A stretch of DNA of 64,000 nucleotides, taken from assembly GCA_004764695.1 (NCBI GenBank), contig SMSO01000033.1, forward strand, positions 1,116,001-1,180,000, read 5' to 3'. Position 1 is the stretch's first letter. The number at the start of each line of letters is the position of its first letter. This stretch comes from Schizochytrium sp. TIO01. Its lineage: Eukaryota > Protista > Bigyra: Labyrinthulomycetes. A program made the translations under genes and the position numbers. Positions 55,101 to 64,000 of this stretch are shown in pieces. The notes under the pieces are model-generated. The model did not search any database and had not been told where the DNA came from. It saw only the letters and a program-made list of their open reading frames with translations.

Positions 55101-58020
55101 TATATAAAGGAAACGCTTTGATTTAAGGTTTGAAACGATGAACATTTAAATCTGTTCCAAAAAGCCAGAAGTTCATGGAGCAAAGATATTGTAACATGCC
55201 CCTAACAAACTAGAGCATAAGGACTTCAGCTTAGTTGTGCAGGGCTTCGGCATCTAAATAGCTGATCGTTCATACCTGTACTTTCTAACGTAAAAGGAAT
55301 AAAAGAACGAACTTAGCTTTAAGAAATTCAAACAAAAGGAATGAAAATAGTAACGTGAAAGTATCGTAGTATGATACTCATCTTGTACAAAGATTGCCCC
55401 AGTCATCACTGTTTATAAAGAAGACTGTAAACTGTTATCATGTTTTAGGTCGGCCGACTAAGTTTCGACATTATCAACATTAAAAAAGTCACACCGAAAA
55501 AGAAGTACAACAACCTACCATTAGGGTTTCTAGTAGAGTTCAAACTCAAAGGCAACGCATTTAAAATATCGATGTGTAAGAAACTTCTATGTTGAGTTTG
55601 ATAGTAAAGTATTCTAGGAATTCTACATTTCCAAACGGCATCCCTCTGATTTCTCTCTTCTCTGTAGCTTTGATAACCTGCTGTTGCCTTAGGTATTACA
55701 AACAGGATTATACCATGACAAAGCATGTTTAGAAAGATTTAAATTGAGTTGGTAGAGATGATTAGAAGTATATTGACTATGACGATGGGTGAAACTTTTA
55801 AATTGCATCAAAACTTATCATCAATAGCATTTTCTATTTTGCAATTGCCGTTGGCACGCAATGGTTTTGCTCGTAAACCTTCGTTTGGTGATGATGTAAA
55901 ACAAGAGCTCGTTCCACCTCATTAGATACCTAAACGAATGAATCAATGACCACCGAGGACAAACAAAGGTATGCTAGCACCAGCAACATCAGCAGTGCTA
56001 GTTGATTATCACGAAATATATAGAAGGGAAAATAGGTACATAGCTTAAGCTTTGCCAAATTTCCCAGCAAATCAAATGAGCTAATGTTTATATTAAAATT
56101 TACAAAAGCTGCCAATCCTAGGCAACTTATTGTCGTTCTACCAAACTGAAAGCTTCCGATGTTGTTTTAATTTGGCCTGAGGAAAAACATATGATAGGAC
56201 TTGCTAAGACTTCGGCTATTACATATTATGAATGATAATACTTTCCCATATTTTATGTTACAATGTCAGTGCAAAGGAAGAATTCTTACATGGAAGGCTT
56301 ACTTATATAGCGTTTCGATATATAGATATGTTATTCATGGAAAGAACAATGAATATTCCTGTTCGAGACTACTTTGCAAACCAGATATTTACGAATGATC
56401 CTCCGTTCTTTATCAGCGTTTTATATGAAGTTGCTTCCAATTCAAAATTCCGGCAAAATGGTTTAAACAAGAAGCTGAATAGTTTTAAAGCTTAGGAGGT
56501 TCAAAATGTAATTCAAATTGGAAATGTAGAATCAGAGCAGAACACCAGACAACGAAGCAAAGATCGTAGAAACAACGCCAGATCACAGTAAGTTCATGCA
56601 ATACCTCGAGACCGTACTCGAAACAATATATCAAATTAGTGTTTGTACAATGCCGAGCCTCATTTATTGTATCTTATGGGTGCACATAGCAGCAATTTTG
56701 ATTCGACTTGCGCATACGGTTACACGCCGGTTAATTTGTGTATTTCCCCTTGCAAAACTGAGAGAAGAGGGAAGTTTTGAATCCCCGTCCCCGTTCCTCC
56801 AGGTTATTATGTCAACAACCCTCTAACTTCATTTTAGTTCTTCATCATGATCGATAAATTAGGACTGGTGGTTCTGCTTATTATATCAATGAAAAAATTA
56901 GTTCTCTGCCTAAGTAGTAAACAGTGAATAATCAGAAGAAGCCACTTCGCAATCGTGCAGTTAGTTTTGTTCAATCGGCTCGTTTGTGTAATTCCACAGT
57001 TTTATAAAATACATGCTTCTGCGCTGTCCTTGGTCCGAGCCTGGGCGTTTCTCCCACTCAATAAACCTCTCTTGTAGCAAAGTTCTCTAATATTCTGAGT
57101 GTTGCTTTGCCAGGTCCGCACCTTTAAATAGAGCACCTTAAAAAAAGAATGCAATGGACGTATGATTACATTCACTACTGCAGTTGACTCTAACCCCTAT
57201 CCTAGTCGCTGACGCAAAGGGATTATTAGTACTGGTGGGTGGTAAGAGAAGTGTCACTATCAATATTCGTAAGAGTTGATTGTAGGAAACTTGAACATTC
57301 GTTAGCAAGGTTATTGTCCATTTCAACGCTGAAATCCGCATGAGACCACCTCCTTCTCTACCATAACAGGTAGGTACTTGATGTTCCCTCCTTTGTTATT
57401 TTAACAACTTATCTAATGTAAATATAATAAAAAGGATAGAAAAAGAAGATTGAATTCGTTGCTCAGGTACAGGGCCTATTCATATTCATTCTAAGGTAAT
57501 AGAGAAAGAAAAGAAAAAAGAGACGAAAAAGAGACTGATCTTGCATGGCTTCCCTGAACTAATTAAAAAAATTCATAGAGGGATATAAACATTTTTAAGA
57601 ATTAACTAAGAAATTAAGAAATTCGGATCACTGTTCCTAAGAATGCGAATGCAATGAGTCGCCAGCTCACTCGCTCAATTGGTCAAGATCGGTGGGGAGA
57701 AGGAAGTGGGAAGATTTCACGGCGCTGACCAATCGCCCCCGCGGCAGAATATATGGAAGAGATGCAAACGAGGAGTGGAAGATGAACTCTTAAGCAACCA
57801 GGAGCTGGCGGGAGATGTCTTTTCTTATTATCGCAATGTTTTGTTTTATTCGTATTTTGCCAAGCGTATGATATAATACAGCAAAATGACCATGAAAAGT
57901 GTAAAACACTTAATAAATAATATCATACAAAGTCATAGTATATAACTCTAAAGAAAGTCTGTGGCTGGGTGGTCATCGTCGCTTCCCTCCCTTCTCTTCT
58001 CTTTTCTTATTCTAAAAAAT

Positions 58021-58146
<126 letters not shown>

Positions 58147-61100
58147 AACAACCTATTACTTAGTTGAATTGGTTGAAGAATAGATGTCATGATTTTAAGG
58201 ATATCGGCCCTGCTTATGGATACCTAAACAGGTACTGTCTCATCGCAATAAATGTTCTGCGCCTCTTCGGCGTCCAACCTTAAGACTGCTGAGTACGACG
58301 CCATGCAGCAAGAGAAATAACTTAGAAAAGGACACCTTCACCTGTTTCGAGGAATTGCTGGTGGGTTACTGGAAAATGGGTATCAGTCCTCCATCGGACA
58401 TTGTTACGATCAGTTCCCCTAAAACGTTTAATATGAATCTATATTGTGGTGTGCGTTTATCGCCACTATGACGTTGGTAGCATGATTGCCAAATTAAGCA
58501 GGCCTGAGTACACCTGATATAGATAGTTCGAATTGCTATGAAGCAAGAATGCGACTCTTATGTGGTGATGCGAAGATGAAGCTTGTGGTGGAATCCATAA
58601 ACTTTGTGTAGAAGTTTTCTCAATCCAAACTCTTAGAGCGCTTCTTCGGCACCAGGACCAGTTGGATAGGGGGAACACGAAACACGAGACAGAAGAGAGT
58701 TTATTCTGGTTGTATTGGATAGCATACTAATTGCTCAGAAATCATGGTTATTTGTCCCTTTTATCAAAACAATGATCTGGGGCCCTCTAGTATTGAAAAT
58801 AAAATAAAACAAGAACATTGAAATTCTGGTGGCGAGCGATATAGACGAGCGTGCTTGATTTCGTAATTAGGACTACCATAGGTGCGAATAGGAAAAAATC
58901 TACCCATTGAAGCTGTTCAACTTGTCCGCATCTTTGGACTAAATCCTAGTGAACCCACAGTGACTTTGGATTGAAAGCTTCGTTAAAAGAGATAATAACC
59001 GATGCCATTGGCTGTTTTGATAAAGTCTCCCTTTCGCTGTGATGAGATAGCGTCAGTCTGTGCTGGGAGAACTATCTTTCTGCCAGCTTCTACGATGGTC
59101 TTCGAATGGTCGGTTCACTCTGCTAGTTTAAAGACGAAAAATCTGGTGACAAGTGGGTATAGGTTCGTTCAGATTCGTTGCCGAATATAGGAGAAAATAT
59201 TAGGACTTTAAGGGGAAGGAGAGACGGAGCAAGTTGCAGAGAGGGTTATTCGAAAATATATGGTGGCGTCGCAATGCAAATGTTGAAGGAGAAGCACATT
59301 TTGCATCATAATATAACTTGCAAACTTCAACATTCGTTGTCCAAGAGACCTTTTTCACTTCAGGAGAACACTTCTCGATGCGACATAATCTGTCGCACCT
59401 CGCTTCTTCAATTGTTTTTTACACTTGTATTATGCTTTATCCCAGTAAGTTCAACTACCAGCAACAAGATTTGCCAAAAGGAATCGTGATGGCGTTTCAA
59501 CTTTAACCAAAGGCATTCAGCAAAGGGATTCGTGGCTTCACGTTGAATATGGTCTAAAGAACCCCTACCACGGAGGGCTTCACTCAATAGTTTCTTGCAA
59601 AGCGTTGAGAACTAAACCAACTCAGTGTCCTCAAAGTGTCTCTATGTCCAAAGTATGGTCACGAGTTTTCCCACCTTCTTTTCTTTTTCAAAAACGTTTT
59701 TTAAAATTTCCTTTGTCTCATTTTCATTTTAAAAGTGAAAAGAAAAGAGATGAGAAATAATTATTGGCAGGCAGAGAAATCAACATAATAATGCATGGGG
59801 ACTTTCAGATACTGATAACTACACCGAAAATTGTGGGATTCCTTATACTACTCCATGCTCTGTCATACAGATTTTCCCCCAAAGCTTGAACCGTTGAATG
59901 TCATAATCTATGAAGCATATAAAAGGTACTTCTGAAGGCGCATCCAATCTTATGTACATAACACGATGTATCTCATGCACTGCTCGTCAAAGATGTCGTA
60001 TTCTGTAACTTCATTTCTGGCGCCAGTCTCCGCTCCCGTGTAGAAATTGGTGCGTTATAGATAACATGATTTATCAAAAGAAGTTGTGTGCAACATGTAG
60101 TGAGGTAGGTATTCATTCGATAAAAGTATAGCCCGAGGCACCCACATACTCGCAATCTGTATGAAAGCGTCTATATTCAATCCATGTATTTTTCCAATTC
60201 AAACAAATAACTTTTGAAACCATAGTCTCAAGAACAGCTTAGCAGGAGTTGCTTTTGTCATAGATTAGTTATGCTGGCCCAAGTATGCATAAAAGAGGAG
60301 ATGGGTCTTGCCGACTCAGGGTCGCCTTCTACCAAGCCGCTTACTTGAGTTGAAGCTCAAGTCGAAGTCAAAACAATCATTCCTAGATTGTCTATAGTTT
60401 CAATAAAAGTTAAAGCTTGAAGTTGCAACGCAGATCCTGTAACCATGATAACCTTTCGAAGTTTTCCATTTACAGTTATGATGCAACATGGGAAAAAAAA
60501 TAATAAATTAAAAAATTAAAAATTAGAGGCCACTTTTCATTGTGTGGCTCCGTTCTATGCGACGAACACAAACCGCTTAGTACTCTAAAATGAATGATCA
60601 AGTAAATAATAGTTTCTACAAGTCAACCGCCAAAATTAAGAGATTTGTGTGAATGTAGATACAAAAGTTCAACTGTATTTTCATCAGTGCTTCAGATGTG
60701 TGGGTAATTTAAAAAAAAATAAATTAAAAAAAATAGTAGAAAACTTAAACCCAAATGACTTAAATTTTCCTTGTGATACCAGTCCTGGCAGCACGCCGGC
60801 GTTGCCATGCAAGTTCGAATATGGACTTACCATTTGGTCCAAGATAATTTGTTTTATATTGGCTTGAATTCCTTGCCAGTTATATAATATAATGAAAGGG
60901 AGGAACACTTTTAGAAAAGAACAATGAAAAGGGTATGCTCTGACGAATCAAGATATGATCTATTCCATTTTGTTGAAGCAAGTCAACTTGCAACAATTGG
61001 ATATATACAACATCTTTTAGCTTCTGCTTTGAGTACCAGTACTGTTGTCTTAGATTGTGCATGGATGCACTTTCTTTTTTGTTTTTGAAGTTTGTACCAT

Positions 61101-64000
61101 GCGATATAGAGCAATAGTCTGGTAGACCTCCAAAAGTACTATCAGAGGGCAGCCTAAAATGAACGTCGCAACAGTTTCCAGTGGTCACCGTAGCCATCAA
61201 CCCAGCACCATTCTTTGTTATTAATACACGGCTAGTCCGTAGGTATTGCCGGGGTACTTTTAAAGCTCCTGTAGAATTTAACCAGTCATAAAACTAACAA
61301 AACTACTTCCATTATATTGTGTTGGCACGCGCAGTCCCCATCTCAACTACTGAACGAAGCCCTCTCCTACCCTTTCGGGCTTAGGTATGACGATTGATTT
61401 AAGAACGCCCTCCCTTCAAGGCATATCGCTCAAGAGCTCTAACGCTCAACTATTGCTATACCAGTGAAGGTAAATAGGGTCCTTCGATGCTCGAAAGGGC
61501 ACAGAAGAAACCTTTTTTGTTCTGTTGCTAGCAACAAATTTATATGTATATAAAGTCAATAGATAGAGAGATGAGATTTAAAAAATAGAAAATAATGCTC
61601 TTCAGGATTCTTATCTCCTTTTAGTTATAAATAAATAACTAAAAACTAATCGTTCAACACAAAAAAAAAGAGCAAATACTCGGTTTTCAGTGCTTTACTT
61701 TTTCAATTAAACATACTTTAAAATAATTAACATTGCTAGGTGGGTGCTTACCTTCTTTTCACTAGGATTACCTTCCAAATTCCACTAGTACCACTGATGA
61801 AGAAAAACGTTGTTTTCTTCTCATATTAACATAATTTCAGCTCATACCCATATTCCAAATTTCTGTCGTTCATTGCTGTATTTTAATTTTATTTCAATTT
61901 TATTTTAAAGAGAACCTTAAAACAAATTTTGATTTTATAAATTTATTTTGACCAGATATATTTTCAAGATTTTATTTATTAATTTTAAAAAATCAATTCA
62001 AAAGAAAAACTTTAACCAAAAGATGTACTATTTATTCCCTGGCACAGTGCGTATGTAGGTTTTTGGTCAAAATTGATATTAAGATGCGGAAAGTAAGACA
62101 ACCAAAATGTCCACTGAGAAATCAAATGCCCAAGGTCTATACTTTTAATATTACCTAATTGTATGGTTTTCAAACGTAATAGTTTTCTTAGGTATACAAC
62201 CATCTTGATATTTGAAATTGTAAAATCAAATTTGGTTTATATGTTATCCAGAAACTAAAGCACATGTAACAATGGAATAGAGAGATTCATCACTACAACA
62301 GAAGGATACGATATCTCTATTTTAACCTAATCATAAGATACACAGGAACGATTTTGTATTCGTTCTTTTTTAAAAGCAGGTAACTCTGTGGAGAAGCTGG
62401 ATTTTAATGCCACAGTGCTACGCTGATATAAGTTTTCCTTTTGTCCTTTTGCTTAGATAACGTAGAATATCAAAAAGATAAAACAAAAAGATAAAACAAG
62501 AAACATATGTTGGTTGAGGAAAGGAAAAAACAAGAGACTGCGTTCTCTTGCCAAATTAATGTGAATTACGATGTAAGAGCTCCACGGCTCTGCTATCTTT
62601 TCATAATTGCGCCTTTCGTGGCAAACTAGTCGCGGAGTTGATCTTTAGATCTCGACGTGTCGTCATCTTGTCCTTAAAGAACATAATGAAAGATTATCTA
62701 CAAGATACCACCACAAACTGATGTCACCTTCTTATTCAGCAAGTCAAAGAGTTCGCAAAGTCGCCAATACCGGCAAATACCTTTCTAGAAGAGCGAACTG
62801 CAAGAACAGAACAAAATAACTCTTATCCCCAAAGCATAACCGTAAGTACCCCTCAGGTTACTGATCTACTTTTGTATCCCTGTACATCTTCAAACCTACC
62901 CTCCTTCGCCAGCGAATTTGCGCAGTCCATCTCTCGCACAAACTGAGCACACCGGTACCTACCCTAGCGCCCCTTAGCTGCGCCATACGAAGATACCAAT
63001 CCATGGTACCTGAGACGTGACTAGCGCTATGCCTAAGGCCAGCTAGAACCTCGGGAAGAACCGGGGGAGGATGGCACGGTATTGCGCGGAGGGTCACGAC
63101 GGTGGAAACCAGCATCAACGAGGGTGTAATGAGTTCGAACGAAGTGCGTGCAATGTCGTCGCGATGGCTTTAGGTCGTACTGGGCGCTTTCTCTTGAGCA
63201 CTTGGGCTGCGCCAGTTCAAGCGTGGCCACACAGGGGTGGAGGTCGCAGGCGCGGTAGTGCGTGCGTACAATGCTCAAGGATCGCACGGAAGAGGGTGTG
63301 CGCCGCGGATTCGGTTGCGTAACGAACTAACTAACGGCCTGGAGCTAGGTCTATATGGCCATAGCCCGCCTCGCAGGGCAGGGCTAAGGCCGGATCAGTT
63401 TCTACTGCAGCAGAGGCCACGGTCTCGCCTCAGGGAGCAGCCTGTAAAGAGAGAAGTCCTGGCAGCAGGCCAGGATGGTACGGGAGGAGCTGGCTTGGCA
63501 CAGCGCGGGGAAGGCGGAGATTTTGGTTGACTGGCACAAGCACATACGCGTTCTGTCTGCTCGTCGTAATGGAGATCTATAAAGCGTTTTCCAGGAGAAA
63601 GAAAGCGAGTTCTTCGGAAAGGTTTTGGGGTTGTTCACTTATCTAATTGTTTTTATTTAAATTAAATTAAAAATTTGAAGATATGATTATAATTTTAGAA
63701 AAAGGGGAAAAAAAAAGAAAGAAAAAGTACCAGTCAGCTTCTACAAAATTAGAAGAAAGATGAAGCAAAACACATCGTTATGACGTCAAGAAGTAATCTG
63801 ATGTTGCATGTGCCCGTTGATTCTTTCAAGCTCACGCGGAATTCATGGAACGCCTACGAGCAAGAGAGAACTCCTAGGTTATCTTTGATAGGTTCTTGCG
63901 CATGAGGAACAGATTGGGACGCTTGCATTCGAATAGATTCGGCTTCACAATGAACGGAAAAGCGCGGTATTTGTTCTTTTTCAAAAAGTTAGAGCTTTGC

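Overview
Eukaryotic genomic DNA with mostly intronless genes separated by AT-rich, microsatellite-rich spacers. The style suggests a heterotrophic protist such as a labyrinthulomycete/thraustochytrid stramenopile, but that is inference only. Host genes, in order: a theta-like GST (running off the left edge), an OTU deubiquitinase with a CCHC knuckle, a BART-domain protein, a PP2C phosphatase, a pepsin-family aspartic protease, a LOG2/MGRN1-like RING E3 ligase, a coiled-coil protein, an SLC25 mitochondrial carrier (split by a 1-nt frameshift, with a C-terminal EF-hand-like tail), a Sen1/senataxin-like SF1 helicase, a kinesin-6-like motor, a Vps39/TGFBRAP1-like tethering subunit and a GT4 glycosyltransferase. 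The standout is an apparently intact 4,489-bp DNA transposon at 45756-50244. It has CCC...GGG ends, 9-bp TIRs, an ATAG (not TTAA) target-site duplication and subterminal palindromes that covary between the two ends. Its single 1171-aa ORF is a piggyBac-like DDD transposase carrying a complete YqaJ/lambda-exonuclease-like PD-(D/E)XK nuclease, itself containing a SAP-like motif, inserted between the 2nd and 3rd catalytic aspartates. The regions 38.6-45.7 kb and 52.2-64 kb contain no credible long ORFs.
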